DNA of 64,000 nt from an uncultured Pseudomonadales bacterium (GCA_964521215.1 CAZFRD010000001.1:59210-123209); one strand, 5' to 3'; positions 27,699-38,380 are shown, numbered from the stretch's first letter. Made by a program: numbers and translations. Notes: generated by a model not told the origin, from the letters alone.

Positions 27699-28737
27699 AG
27701 GTTTTTAGCACCGCACTGTCGGTGGCAATGTAAACCCATTGATTTTGATAGCGCCAGGTAGGTGGGTGATAGAGCACACCATCAGTATTGTTTTTGGTTG
27801 CTATCGGTAAAGAATGGGTAAGCAATTTGGGTCGGATTTGATTTCGTGCTAACTTCAAACCAAGACTAAGTAGTTCGGTGAGCGACCATTGCTTTGAGTA
27901 ATTAAGGTTATACCAAGCAACTAATTTTCCGAGTATTTCTGGGTTAGTTAAGGTTGTTTTTGATTGGAGTTTGTTCAGCAGAGCAGTGATAACTTCTTGT
28001 TGACGTTGAGTGCGGGAATCATCGGTGCCAGTTTCTCCAGCTGCCTGTCGAGACCGAACATATTCCAGAACTCGCTCGCCGCTCATAGTTTGGAGACCTT
28101 TTTCAAAACTAATAGTTTCTTGTAAAACCGACAAATCCGACGTTTCACTTGGGTTTACTCCAGCCCGGGGGTAATGCTCATCAGTAAAAGCTTGCGCAAC
28201 CGTGATTTCTATGCCACCCATAATATTGACGAGTTCAGCTAATTGTTCGAGTGAAACGGGGATCACTTTATCAATAGTGATGCCAGACAGCTCTTCAACA
28301 ACAGTTTTCACAAACTCAGTTGGTTCAGTTGGTGAATTTTGATGACCATAATAATAGAGGGCATTGATTTTGGTTTTGTATTGATCTATCCACAGATCTC
28401 TTGGTAATGAAAGTGAATGAATGACTCCCGTATTTGGATCCAGAGTGATGAGCATAATCGTATCAGTTAAAACAGTTTGGTTTCTTGCTTCTACTTCATC
28501 CAAACCCAAAATCAGTATAGAAATAACACCCTTAGTATCTTGTAGTCGATTTTGCCAAGCTTTACTCGCTATCTCAATTAGTTGTGAAGTGCTCAGACCA
28601 CTAGATTTTTGGAAAATGGAGTATTTGTGCCAAGAGATAAAGGAGAAAAATATGCCAGTCAGCAAAAACAACACTACTAGAAAACCCAGAGTGGCCAACT
28701 GAGCTTTGAGCATGAGTTTGATGAAATCTTTATTCAC
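27667..28737 (-). CDS. LCP (LytR-CpsA-Psr) family cell-wall glycopolymer ligase
   Basis: N-terminal transmembrane helix, then ILILGLDEVEARNQTVLTDTIMLITLDPNTGVIHSLSLPRDLWI. Confidence 0.75.
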   Translation of the reverse strand: MNKDFIKLMLKAQLATLGFLVVLFLLTGIFFSFISWHKYSIFQKSSGLSTSQLIEIASKAWQNRLQDTKGVISILILGLDEVEARNQTVLTDTIMLITLDPNTGVIHSLSLPRDLWIDQYKTKINALYYYGHQNSPTEPTEFVKTVVEELSGITIDKVIPVSLEQLAELVNIMGGIEITVAQAFTDEHYPRAGVNPSETSDLSVLQETISFEKGLQTMSGERVLEYVRSRQAAGETGTDDSRTQRQQEVITALLNKLQSKTTLTNPEILGKLVAWYNLNYSKQWSLTELLSLGLKLARNQIRPKLLTHSLPIATKNNTDGVLYHPPTWRYQNQWVYIATDSAVLKTYVQSLLFASE

Positions 28738-28760
28738 TAGTTGCTATCTTACCATTACTA

Positions 28761-30458
28761 ATGCGGTACAATGAAATGATGCTAAAGAAAATTCTAGCGA
28801 CCTTAGTATTGCTAGTGATATTTTTTGTTTCTTCAAGACAACTATTTTGGGGCAGATTATTTTTTTTACATGATTTTACGCATGCAGCCAGGATAGCAGA
28901 AATGGCTAGGGGACTTCAGGATGGAGATTTTCCCGTACAATGGTCAAGGAACTTTGGTTATGGTTATGGTATGCCTCTCTTTTTATTCTATGGACCATTA
29001 CCATTTTATCTTGGTGCGATCATCTATATTTTGAGCGACTCCATGATTTGGTCAGTGCTGGCATTATTTATCGTGGCTAATTTGGTTACTATTGGAGGCA
29101 CTTATTTATTGGGAAAAACCTTATCGGGAAGAGCGGGAGGCTTAATTTTAACTACGTTGTATGTGTTGGCTCCCTATCGAGCAGTAAACTTATTTGTGAG
29201 GGGAGCCCTCAATGAACTCTGGGCCATGGCACTTTTACCCTGGTTACTCTTGGGCTGGCTTTGGCTGATTAAAAAAAATAAGTTCGGCGGACTACTAATT
29301 ACAATCAGCACAGCGGCAATTATATTAACTCACAACCTATCTGCAATCTTTTTTTTACCCTTCGGCCTGCTGGTTGGCGTCGCCTTATTGTTTTGGTTGA
29401 CTGACGCTACTGAAACCAATCATCGAGCATGCTTTTCAGTCATAACGCAGGGTTTGCTGAGTACGGGTTTGGGAATTGGTTTGAGTGCTTTTTATGCTCT
29501 ACCCGCAGTGATGGAAAAAGCTTATACCCGACTAGACCGTCAGGTGCTCACTGGCTATTTTGATTTTCATAATCACTTTTTGTATTTACGTCAATTTCTG
29601 ATCGACAGTTGGACCTACGGTGGTTCCGCTTGGGGACCGGAGGATGGCATTAGCTTTTTCCTTGGCTATGGTTTGCTTTTTGGCTTAATCATGGTATTAG
29701 TTTTACTGGTTAGCAGACAATTATTACTGAAGAAAAAAAACCAACTTGTAGCCATCAGCATTTTATTTTTGTTAGTCACTAGTTTAATTTTATTAACGAC
29801 TCAAAAAACACTCTGGATTTGGGAGCACTTAACAATATTGAAGTACTTACAGTTCCCCTGGAGATTGCTCAGTCTAATTTCTTTTGGTTTGGCTCTGATT
29901 GTGACACTCGTGACGTCGTGGTCTTTCAGGCGAAAAAGTATTGTTTTGTCAGTAATTATTTTAGTCACCTTAGTTACTTCTTACCGATACTTTTCACCTG
30001 TCGAATACTATCAAGACTCAATGGGACCTTACCACTATGAAGAAAAGCAAATCCAAATTGATATGAGTGGTATTCTGCCAGATTATCTGCCCAACTCTTT
30101 TAATTCTGAAATTGCTCCTTTCCAAAAAATCATAACCGATACTGACAAGATCAAATCTGAGGTGCTTAAGGATGGTAGCTCAGAGAAGCTAATTAGTTTA
30201 GAGGTCAAGCAAGAGCTGACTCTCGAACTTTCTATAGCTAATTTTCCAGGTTGGAAGGCTTATTTGGATGGCAAGGAAACCGTTATTGAGACCACAAGTG
30301 ATGGTCTAATGACAATCCAACTGCCTTCGGGTAAACATTTGCTCAGCCTTGCCTTTGAATCAACAGGGATCAGACAAATTGGCTATTTGATTAGCTGTGT
30401 TTCGCTGGTGCTTATCATGGCAGGGCAATTTATAATTCAGCGCAAGATCCAACTCTAA
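28761..30458 (+). CDS. polytopic membrane protein, 6-pyruvoyl-tetrahydropterin-synthase-related (PTPS-related) family; putative GT-C-like glycosyltransferase
   Basis: HDFTHAARIAEMARGLQDGDFPVQWSRNFGYGYGMPLFLFYGPLPFY, followed by many transmembrane helices. It is a paralog of 48551..50242. Confidence 0.5.
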   Translation: MRYNEMMLKKILATLVLLVIFFVSSRQLFWGRLFFLHDFTHAARIAEMARGLQDGDFPVQWSRNFGYGYGMPLFLFYGPLPFYLGAIIYILSDSMIWSVLALFIVANLVTIGGTYLLGKTLSGRAGGLILTTLYVLAPYRAVNLFVRGALNELWAMALLPWLLLGWLWLIKKNKFGGLLITISTAAIILTHNLSAIFFLPFGLLVGVALLFWLTDATETNHRACFSVITQGLLSTGLGIGLSAFYALPAVMEKAYTRLDRQVLTGYFDFHNHFLYLRQFLIDSWTYGGSAWGPEDGISFFLGYGLLFGLIMVLVLLVSRQLLLKKKNQLVAISILFLLVTSLILLTTQKTLWIWEHLTILKYLQFPWRLLSLISFGLALIVTLVTSWSFRRKSIVLSVIILVTLVTSYRYFSPVEYYQDSMGPYHYEEKQIQIDMSGILPDYLPNSFNSEIAPFQKIITDTDKIKSEVLKDGSSEKLISLEVKQELTLELSIANFPGWKAYLDGKETVIETTSDGLMTIQLPSGKHLLSLAFESTGIRQIGYLISCVSLVLIMAGQFIIQRKIQL

Positions 30459-30464
30459 TCGTTT

Positions 30465-31931
30465 ATGATAGACACCACCCAGCAAGCAGAATTACAAACT
30501 ATCAAGAAACGCTCGATCTCAGGAGCATTATCTTACTTACTCCGAACTGTTGTGTTGCAAGGCATTGGTTTTCTTTCTTTGGCTATTTTAAGTAGTTTAT
30601 TTGCACCTGAAGACTTTGGTGTCTACGGGTTTGTTGTTGTCATCATTGGTTTATTAACTTTTATTTCCGATATTGGTCTTGCTGCCGCCCTCATCCAGAA
30701 GCAAACAGAACCGACCAGAGATGAATACCAGACCGCCTTTACCATTCAGCAGTTGCTCGGTTGGATAATTGTGGGTCTGGCTGTCATCTTGGTGCTATCT
30801 GGCATAGTTGCCCAAAAAACTGGTTGGGCAGGAGATTGGATTCTGCTTACCCTCGCCCTGTCTTTTCCACTTACGACTTTGAAAACAATTCCTTCTGTTA
30901 AATTGGAGAGAAAACTTGAGTTTTCCAAATTGGTTATTCCCCAGATTGCTGAACAGCTGGTGTTCCACGGAGTTTTAATCATTCTGGCCTACCAACGCTG
31001 GGGCGTGATTAGTTATGCCTATGCGATTATGGCCAGAACCCTAGTCGGAATCGTGATAATGAACTTGATCCAGCAGTGGGAATTTGGCATTACCATCACC
31101 AGACCCGCCATCAAAACACTGCTCTCATTTGGAGTCAAATTCCAACTCAACGATTTGTTGGCCAGAGTTAAAGATCAATTATTTTACTTAGTTATCGGAT
31201 TAGTCATGCCTTTGAGGGAATTTGGCTACATCCAATGGTCCAAAAATTGGTCGATGTATCCCTACACACTCACGGTGCAAAACGTCATGGCGATCACTTT
31301 TCCGACTTTTTCTCGGTTGCAAAATCAAAAAGCAGCTTTAGCTAAAGGGTTGGAACTATCTTTGTTTTGGATTACTTTGGCCATCTTTCCTCTGATAGTT
31401 GGTATGGCTTGTTTTATTTCTCCACTCCTAACGGTTTTTGCTAGCACATATGGCAAGTGGTTACCCGCAGCTTTGAGTTTTGCTCTCTTTAGTTTGAGCA
31501 TTGGGTGGAGTGCTATATCAACTCCTTTGACCAACCTCCTGACTGCCATGGGAAAAATTAATCAAACACTAAAATTGATGGTCATGTGGACGTTGCTGAC
31601 TTGGATTTTAACGCCACCCCTCCTTTGGTGGTTTGGTTATAATGGGGTGGCGATTGCAGCGCTCCTGATTAGTTTTTCATCAGTCGCCGCCGTTCGTATG
31701 GTTCAAAAAGAAATTCAGTTCGATCTGTGGTCTCAGATTTGGCCGCAACTAGTTGCGGCCAGTGCCATGGCCCTCACTGCTATTGTTGGACGCTCATACT
31801 GGCAACAAAATATCGTTTGGTTATTGGGTGGCATGAGTTTTTCGCTAGTCGTGTATGTACTGGCTTTTTATTTGCTTGCCAAAGACCGATTAATGCGTAA
31901 TATTATGTATCTGAGAAACAACAACCACTAA
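30465..31931 (+). CDS. polysaccharide/oligosaccharide flippase (Wzx-like, MOP superfamily)
   Basis: About 12-14 transmembrane helices. The N-terminus RSISGALSYLLRTVVLQGIGFLSLAILSSLFAPEDFGVYGFV is typical of the Polysacc_synt family. Confidence 0.7.
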   Translation: MIDTTQQAELQTIKKRSISGALSYLLRTVVLQGIGFLSLAILSSLFAPEDFGVYGFVVVIIGLLTFISDIGLAAALIQKQTEPTRDEYQTAFTIQQLLGWIIVGLAVILVLSGIVAQKTGWAGDWILLTLALSFPLTTLKTIPSVKLERKLEFSKLVIPQIAEQLVFHGVLIILAYQRWGVISYAYAIMARTLVGIVIMNLIQQWEFGITITRPAIKTLLSFGVKFQLNDLLARVKDQLFYLVIGLVMPLREFGYIQWSKNWSMYPYTLTVQNVMAITFPTFSRLQNQKAALAKGLELSLFWITLAIFPLIVGMACFISPLLTVFASTYGKWLPAALSFALFSLSIGWSAISTPLTNLLTAMGKINQTLKLMVMWTLLTWILTPPLLWWFGYNGVAIAALLISFSSVAAVRMVQKEIQFDLWSQIWPQLVAASAMALTAIVGRSYWQQNIVWLLGGMSFSLVVYVLAFYLLAKDRLMRNIMYLRNNNH

Positions 31932-31933
31932 CT

Positions 31934-32839
31934 ATGATCAAACTAACTGCCATCGTTAATACAAAAAATTCGGCTAAATATTTAGAGTCGTGTTTACAGT
32001 CACTCTCATTTGCTAACGAAATTATTGTGGTTGATATGGAGAGTAAAGATGAAACAAAAGCCATAGCCCACAAGTATCACGCCACAATTATTAGCATACC
32101 CCAGGCTACCTACGTTGAGTTAGTCCGTAACGACTCAATTAAATTGGCGACCAATCCTTGGATTCTGTTGGTTGATCCAGATGAAGTAATTTCTCCAAAG
32201 TTGCAGGAAAAGATCTTGGCCACCATTTCTAATCAAGACTCATCGATTGTGGCTTATCAGATTGCTCGCAAAAACCTCATTTTTGCCAAATGGATTCAAC
32301 ATAGCGGTTGGTGGCCTGATTATCAAATTCGCCTCTTCAAAAAAGGTAAAGTTAAATGGAGCGGTGTCATCCATCAAAAACCTGATCTGGATGGAGCAGT
32401 GGCGACTCTACTCCCCGAAACTGAGTATGCGATTGATCATGACAATTATCAATCGATTGATGAATATTTTGAAAAAATGCTACGTTACACTCTGGCCGAG
32501 GTTGACCAACCAGCGGCAAAAAAACCTTCTAAATTTACCTCCAATGATTTGCTGAAAGCTTTCTTTGATGATTTTTTCCGTCGTTATTATCAAAATAATG
32601 GTGATCAAGATGGTCTGCATGGTACCACCCTGGCGTTGCTTCAAAGTTTTTACCAGGTGACTACCAAACTCCGAGCTTGGGAAAAGCAACAGTTTCCTCA
32701 GTCAAACAGCTCATTGAGTACTGCCGTTGTGGATCAAATCATGAGTGATTGGAAATATTGGCAAGCTTCTAGCAAAGCGCAGAGGGCAACTGGTTGGCGC
32801 AGATTTTATTGGCTACTGAGAAAATATTTACGAGTTTAG
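31934..32839 (+). CDS. family 2 glycosyltransferase
   Basis: LTAIVNTKNSAKYLESCLQSL...EIIVVDMESKDET...LLVDPDE. Confidence 0.75.
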   Translation: MIKLTAIVNTKNSAKYLESCLQSLSFANEIIVVDMESKDETKAIAHKYHATIISIPQATYVELVRNDSIKLATNPWILLVDPDEVISPKLQEKILATISNQDSSIVAYQIARKNLIFAKWIQHSGWWPDYQIRLFKKGKVKWSGVIHQKPDLDGAVATLLPETEYAIDHDNYQSIDEYFEKMLRYTLAEVDQPAAKKPSKFTSNDLLKAFFDDFFRRYYQNNGDQDGLHGTTLALLQSFYQVTTKLRAWEKQQFPQSNSSLSTAVVDQIMSDWKYWQASSKAQRATGWRRFYWLLRKYLRV

Positions 32840-32854
32840 GCTATAATAGAAGCT

Positions 32855-33772
32855 GTGAAGCACGTTTCTGTAATTTTAGTTCACTACAATAATATTCGAA
32901 CTACCAATACCTGCATCAGATCTTTGGTATCGTTGGTACACCCTGGCTATGCTTGTCAGTTTCTGATCGTCGACAATGGTTCGGTGCGGAACTATGTGTT
33001 GCCCAAGCAACTCCGATCTTCAAAAAAATTCAAGGTAATTAGGTCCGATGCCAATCTAGGCTTTACTGGAGGAAATAACTTGGGTATTCATTTTGCAGTA
33101 GAAAATAACAATTCTCAGTATATCTTTTTACTCAATAACGATACAACTATCGAAAGAAATGCTCTACGGAATTTACTCAAAGTCTTAGAGGATCAAGCCG
33201 AGGTCGGAATTGTTAGTCCCAAAATTTATTTTACGTCCGGCAAAGAATTTCACAAACAAAGTTATAAACCATCCGAACGGGGACAGGTGCTTTGGTTTGC
33301 AGGTGGCACTATTGACTGGCAACATTTAATTGCTTTTCACCGAGGGGTAGATGAGGTAGATCTGGGTCAGTTTGATCATACAACTCAGACCGATTTTGCC
33401 ACTGGGTGTGCCATGTTGATACGCAGAGAAGTGTTAGAAAAAGTCGGTTTTTTGGATAAGCGCTATTTTATGTATTTTGAAGATGTAGATTTGAGTTTAC
33501 GTGCAATAAAGGCGGGGTACAAAATTGCTTTTTGTCCCCAGGCTAAGGTCTGGCATGACAACGCCGGCTCCTCGGGTGGTTCCGGTTCCGCGCTTCATGT
33601 TTACTACCAGGAAAGAAATCGTTATTTACTTGCTTTTACCCAAGGGAACTACTTGGTGATACCAGTTATCTTGCGCTTGCAACTGCAAGCGCTCTTATCA
33701 GGCAATCGCTTTCGTCGAAAAGCGGTGCTAGACTTTTATATGCGCTCATTTGGCAAACAGGCACTCCTATGA
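32855..33772 (+). CDS. family 2 glycosyltransferase
   Basis: VSVILVHYNN...LIVDNGS...GFTGGNNLGI...FLLNNDTTIE...FFMYFEDVDLSLR. Confidence 0.75.
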   Translation: MKHVSVILVHYNNIRTTNTCIRSLVSLVHPGYACQFLIVDNGSVRNYVLPKQLRSSKKFKVIRSDANLGFTGGNNLGIHFAVENNNSQYIFLLNNDTTIERNALRNLLKVLEDQAEVGIVSPKIYFTSGKEFHKQSYKPSERGQVLWFAGGTIDWQHLIAFHRGVDEVDLGQFDHTTQTDFATGCAMLIRREVLEKVGFLDKRYFMYFEDVDLSLRAIKAGYKIAFCPQAKVWHDNAGSSGGSGSALHVYYQERNRYLLAFTQGNYLVIPVILRLQLQALLSGNRFRRKAVLDFYMRSFGKQALL

Positions 33773-34587
33773 AAAAGCTTTCGGTGACAGCAATTATTTT
33801 GGCTAAAAACGAAGAAGCAATGCTCCCAGGATGTTTAAAAACTCTCAGTTGGTGTAAGGAGATTATCTTAATTGATGATGGATCGACGGATAAAACAGCG
33901 GAAATAGCCGAAAGTGCTGGCGTCAAAGTCATTGCTTTTAAGCACCAATCGTTTGCCAGACTCAGAGAAGAGGGGGCCAAGTACGCCAGCCAAGACTGGT
34001 TATTTTATATTGACTCCGACGAGCGAGTGACGCCTCAGTTAGCTCAAGAAATTCAGGTTAATCTGGAAAATAATAAAAACCTAGCTTTTCAAATTAACCG
34101 AGAAAATATTTTCTTTGGCAAATTATTTCAGCATGGGGGTTGGGAAACCGATCCCGTCACTCGCCTGATCAAGGCCAACGCTCTCCGTGGCTGGAGGGGA
34201 GCGATTCATGAGTCTCCGCTGATCACTGGTAAAACATCAACGCTTGAGTCACCTTTGTTGCATTTTTCCCATCGATCAGTGGCGGAGGGTCTAGTCAAAT
34301 CTGCCGCTTGGACACCAGTGGAAGCTCAACTAATTGCTAAAGCCAGTAATATGTCAGTCACCTTTATGATGATAGTAAGAAAAGGCATGGGGGAGTTTTG
34401 GCGCCGAGCAGTCAAGCATAAGGGCTACCAAGATGGCGAGGCAGGATTGATGGAGAGTTTGATCCAAGCCATCAATCGGATGTTAGTTTACTTGCAAGTC
34501 TGGGAACTCCAACAAACTCCACCCATCAAAGATTTATATGCGGTAAAAGAAAGAGAAGTAGAAATACTGTGGGAACAGGTAAAATAA
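33769..34587 (+). CDS. family 2 glycosyltransferase
   Basis: VTAIILAKNEE...EIILIDDGSTDKTAEIA...FYIDSDERVT. Confidence 0.75.
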   Translation: MKKLSVTAIILAKNEEAMLPGCLKTLSWCKEIILIDDGSTDKTAEIAESAGVKVIAFKHQSFARLREEGAKYASQDWLFYIDSDERVTPQLAQEIQVNLENNKNLAFQINRENIFFGKLFQHGGWETDPVTRLIKANALRGWRGAIHESPLITGKTSTLESPLLHFSHRSVAEGLVKSAAWTPVEAQLIAKASNMSVTFMMIVRKGMGEFWRRAVKHKGYQDGEAGLMESLIQAINRMLVYLQVWELQQTPPIKDLYAVKEREVEILWEQVK

Positions 34588-34593
34588 ACTATT

Positions 34594-35706
34594 GTGAAAG
34601 CCGTCTTTGTCTCTCCCTATTTGAAACATGTGCATACCGGCGGTGGTGAAAAACATCTGTTTGATGTGGCACTCGCCTTACCCAGGCATATTCAGCTGTA
34701 CTTCGCACTGCCCACCGAAGCAGATGTGACAGATGCCGAATTTCTTGATTATGTGGCAAGATGTAGGAACGATTACCAAGCATTTTTGGGTAAATCTTTA
34801 AAAAGAATTGAGTTTATCAGGTCGCCACTGTTTACTCAGGCTCCCTGGTATAAGAAACTACTTTGGACTCGAGAATTTGATTATCTTTACTATGTGACTG
34901 ACGGTAGTCTGTTTTTTAGTTTGGCTAGAAATAATTTACTTCATATTCAAACGCCATTGCGCAATAATCATCCTAATTTTGTGCAATCAATCAAGATAAA
35001 ACAGTGGCGCTCAGTCAACACTAATTCGGAATTTACTAAGCAAGTGGTTGAAAATGATTGGGGTATCAAGGTCAACCAGGTTCTTTATCCAGAAATTGAT
35101 GCCACATTATTAGCCACTAGAACGAAAAAAACTAATCTCATACTGTCTGTCGGTCGTTTTTTTCCTCAACTACATAGTAAAAGACAAGATATTCTGGTTG
35201 AAGCGTTTGCCCGGTTGTTAAAAGAGCAATCAAGTTTAATGAAAAACTGGCAACTAGTTTTTGTTGGCTCGGTAGAAAACAAGCTTTTTTATGACCAAAT
35301 TGTCCAGCAGGCGAAAGGCTTGGCCATTAGCTTTCAAACTAATCTTGACCACCGGGGCATCACTGATCTTTATGCGCAAGCCCGCATATTTTGGCATGCC
35401 ACTGGTTTTGGCATAGACCAGGAGAAAAACCCAGAAAAGGTTGAACATTTTGGCATTGCCACCGTCGAAGCGATGGCGGCTGGAGCGATACCGTTAGTCA
35501 TTACCAGTGGCGGGCAATCGGAAATTATTCCTTCAGCATTGAAGCCATATTGTTGGCAGAGCGTGACGGAGTTAGTGACCAATACTGCTCAACTTTTACG
35601 CGATCCCAGTAAAGAAAGTCAATTACGTAAAATTGTGCGAGCTCGAGCGGCAGATTTTTCTCATGAACAATTAGAAAGAAATGTTCGGAAATTTTTTAAT
35701 GTCTGA
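34594..35706 (+). CDS. GT4-type glycosyltransferase (Glycos_transf_1)
   Basis: The C-terminal domain has EHFGIATVEAMAAGAIPLVITSGGQSEII. Confidence 0.7.
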   Translation: MKAVFVSPYLKHVHTGGGEKHLFDVALALPRHIQLYFALPTEADVTDAEFLDYVARCRNDYQAFLGKSLKRIEFIRSPLFTQAPWYKKLLWTREFDYLYYVTDGSLFFSLARNNLLHIQTPLRNNHPNFVQSIKIKQWRSVNTNSEFTKQVVENDWGIKVNQVLYPEIDATLLATRTKKTNLILSVGRFFPQLHSKRQDILVEAFARLLKEQSSLMKNWQLVFVGSVENKLFYDQIVQQAKGLAISFQTNLDHRGITDLYAQARIFWHATGFGIDQEKNPEKVEHFGIATVEAMAAGAIPLVITSGGQSEIIPSALKPYCWQSVTELVTNTAQLLRDPSKESQLRKIVRARAADFSHEQLERNVRKFFNV

Positions 35707-36601
35707 TGCCCTAACTGTGACTACCATCATCCCCACTTATAACGGCAGAAAACTGCTAGAAAAAAATCTGCCTTCCGTCCTACGTTCATTAAGAAATGGG
35801 GATGAGTTAATTATCATCGATGATGCCAGCCAAGACGAAAGTTGCAATTGGTTAAAATATGGTTTTCACCTCACTCAGCAACGCAAACCAAATCTTTCAG
35901 ATAAGCATGGTGAGTTTGAGTTGTTTCAGGGATTTGTAGTATTGAAACATAAGAGAATTGCAATTACTTTAATTGAAAATGCTCGCAACCTCAGGTTTGC
36001 CGCTAGTGTTAACCGAGCGGTTGGGTTAGCAACAAAACCCTTGCTCTTTTTGCTCAACTCGGATGCATCGGTTCAACCAGATACAGTTGATTGTTTGGTG
36101 AAGGCATATCAGAATAACGCTCAGCCCATTTTTGCTATTGGTTGCTTGGAATATGAAGGCGAAATCAACCAAGACCTAAAAAGTTTACCTACGGCAGGAA
36201 AAAACAAACTTTGGTTTGAACGTGGCTATTTTATGCACAGCAAAGCTAGCACCGATGCCTCGGGCGAAACGGTCTGGGCGAGTGGGGGGAGCGCGCTGTT
36301 CAACCGCGAAAGATGGCTAGCATTGGGGGGATTTGACGAGCGTTTCGCCCCGGCTTATTGGGAAGATATCGATCTTTCCTATCGTGCTAAAAAGAAAGGT
36401 TGGCAAGTCTTGTTTGAAAGATCGGCCGTTGTTTTTCATCAGCATGAATCAACTAACCAGCGTGTATTTTCAGAATCGGAAGTTCAACAACTCAGTTGGA
36501 AACACGCCGCCTACTTTGTGCAGAAACATGGCTCTTTTTGGCAAAAGCTAGCTTTTGTCTTATGGCAACCATATTGGTTATGGAAAAGATCTCGCCAATG
36601 A
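35699..36601 (+). CDS. family 2 glycosyltransferase
   Basis: VTTIIPTYNGRKLLEKNLPSV...LIIIDDASQDES...FLLNSDA...YWEDIDLSYRAKKKGW. Its stop overlaps the next gene's start within the bases ATGA. Confidence 0.7.
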   Translation: MSDALTVTTIIPTYNGRKLLEKNLPSVLRSLRNGDELIIIDDASQDESCNWLKYGFHLTQQRKPNLSDKHGEFELFQGFVVLKHKRIAITLIENARNLRFAASVNRAVGLATKPLLFLLNSDASVQPDTVDCLVKAYQNNAQPIFAIGCLEYEGEINQDLKSLPTAGKNKLWFERGYFMHSKASTDASGETVWASGGSALFNRERWLALGGFDERFAPAYWEDIDLSYRAKKKGWQVLFERSAVVFHQHESTNQRVFSESEVQQLSWKHAAYFVQKHGSFWQKLAFVLWQPYWLWKRSRQ

Positions 36602-38193
36602 AAAACAAGCAATCATTAATGTTATTGTTCTTAGTCTTGTTAGCTGGAATAATTAGATTTTGGCAACTTGGTACCATACCTTCGGGACCCAACTGGGATG
36701 AAGCTGCGATTGGCTACAATGGCTGGTCGGTTTGGCAGACCAGAAGAGACGAGTGGTTGGAAAAATTGCCAACTTCTTTTCGCTCTTTTGGAGACTACAA
36801 AGCTCCGTTAGCGATATATCTTAATGGTTTGTTTACCTCACTTTTTGGATTAGAAACATGGGTAATTAGATTGCCTTTTGCCTTATCGGGAGTAATTGGT
36901 GTGGTGGGATTTTATTTTCTACTCAAGTCAATTTTTAACTTTTCACCCAAAGGGAGTACTTATCTTTCTTCTGCCTGGTTAGCGTTACTGGGTACTGGAA
37001 TGCTCACGATCTCTCCGTGGCATATTTTATTTACTCGAGCTGGTTTTGAAAGCGGCCTAGCCCTAAGCGAAGTCGTCTGGGCCACAACTTTGTTTTTATC
37101 TTCATTACAGCTGAAAAAGAAAAACTGGCAATACTTTTGCTGGCAAATTACTGCTGGAATACTATTTGCCAGCACTTTTTATACTTACCACAGCGCCAAA
37201 GTGATGGTACCACTTTTTCTTTCACTTTTATTTTTATTGCTCAGCCGCAAAAAGTTGATTGCAATCAAACAGGTTGTGATTTTTTCAGCCGGCGTGCTCA
37301 TCTTAATCATTCCATTTTTAATCGACTCATTATTGGGTGAGGGTCTCACTCGGGCTAATGTCACTATCTTCGCTCATACCCAATCATTGGCTTATCTTCC
37401 ACTATTATTGATTAAAAATTTGCTGGCTCACCTCAGTCTCTCGTTTCTCTTATTGGGTAAAGCTGACTCAATTCGTCACTCAATTGGTACGATGGGAGTA
37501 TTGTTTCCCACCACTGCATTTTTATTCGCCTTAGGATTGGTGGCAAGATACAAAAAAAACTATATATTTATTTGGTCTTTCGCCACAATTTGGGTTGTAG
37601 CGGGATTGGCACCCGCCATCATTGGGATTGAAGTCCCTCATCCCAATCGTGCCTTACTCGCCCTGCCAGGTTTCTTACTTTTTGCCTTACTGGGAATTGA
37701 CTTGATAACTGAAAACATCTCAAAACATACACGTCAACCCGCCAAGTACCTCAAAATATTTATTGCTAGTTTGGTCATTATTAACATCATTCAAGCTAGT
37801 TATTTTTTATCTCAATATTTTGGCGTTTATGCCAAGCAATCTAGCCCATATTTTCAAGATGGTTACCGGGAAATGTTTACTGAAGTTTGGTCTTACTACG
37901 ATGGTAAAGATGGTCGGCATTCTGTTGATCAAATTGTTATCACGAGCGAATATGGTCAACCGTATATTTACGCTCTTTTAACCAGGAAAATTTCCACTTT
38001 TCAGTACCACAATGGCGCATTGATCAACTTTATTTTCCCCGATGTAGTCCAGTTAAGCGATCTTGATCGGCCCAATGCTTTGATTGTAGCTGGTGAAAAA
38101 AGTGATCTAGTTAATCGCACGCAAGCTTTTAAAGTGATATATACCAAAGACGGTAAACCAAGATTTTGGTTGTTTGATACCGACCAACTTTGA
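36598..38193 (+). CDS. GT-C glycosyltransferase, GT39/PMT-ArnT-like (paralog 1 of 5)
   Basis: IIRFWQLGTIPSGPNWDEAAIGYNGWSV...FGDYKAPLAIYLNGLFTSLFGLETWVIRLPFALSGV, followed by about 11 transmembrane helices. Confidence 0.75.
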   Translation: MKNKQSLMLLFLVLLAGIIRFWQLGTIPSGPNWDEAAIGYNGWSVWQTRRDEWLEKLPTSFRSFGDYKAPLAIYLNGLFTSLFGLETWVIRLPFALSGVIGVVGFYFLLKSIFNFSPKGSTYLSSAWLALLGTGMLTISPWHILFTRAGFESGLALSEVVWATTLFLSSLQLKKKNWQYFCWQITAGILFASTFYTYHSAKVMVPLFLSLLFLLLSRKKLIAIKQVVIFSAGVLILIIPFLIDSLLGEGLTRANVTIFAHTQSLAYLPLLLIKNLLAHLSLSFLLLGKADSIRHSIGTMGVLFPTTAFLFALGLVARYKKNYIFIWSFATIWVVAGLAPAIIGIEVPHPNRALLALPGFLLFALLGIDLITENISKHTRQPAKYLKIFIASLVIINIIQASYFLSQYFGVYAKQSSPYFQDGYREMFTEVWSYYDGKDGRHSVDQIVITSEYGQPYIYALLTRKISTFQYHNGALINFIFPDVVQLSDLDRPNALIVAGEKSDLVNRTQAFKVIYTKDGKPRFWLFDTDQL

Positions 38194-38233
38194 TGTTTCA
38201 AAGTCGGAGCCGTTCCAAAACGATCTTTTTTTT
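38180..38233 (+). terminator. hairpin spanning the stop codon plus a ccgttccaaaacg hairpin and T8 tract
   Basis: ccgac-caa-ctttga-tgtt-tcaaag-tcgg, then gagccgttccaaaacgatc followed by tttttttt. Confidence 0.5.
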
Positions 38234-38308
38234 GATTCTCGATGAGAATATTTTACCCAAAAATCACAACTGTATTTTTATTAACATTTGAGAAACACTC
38301 TACTAATA

Positions 38309-38380
38309 AAAAATATGGTTTAGTGTAAAGCACGTCTCCAGACGGGGCCATGCTTTAGTGTAAACCCCCATCAAATAAAA
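38309..38380. repeat. intergenic imperfect-palindromic element, copy 2
   Basis: aaaatatggTTTAGTGTAAAGCACgtctccagacggggccATGCTttagtgtaaacccccATCAAATAAAA. The central 16 nt are the reverse complement of the copy-1 centre, while the outer flanks are in direct orientation. Confidence 0.6.
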
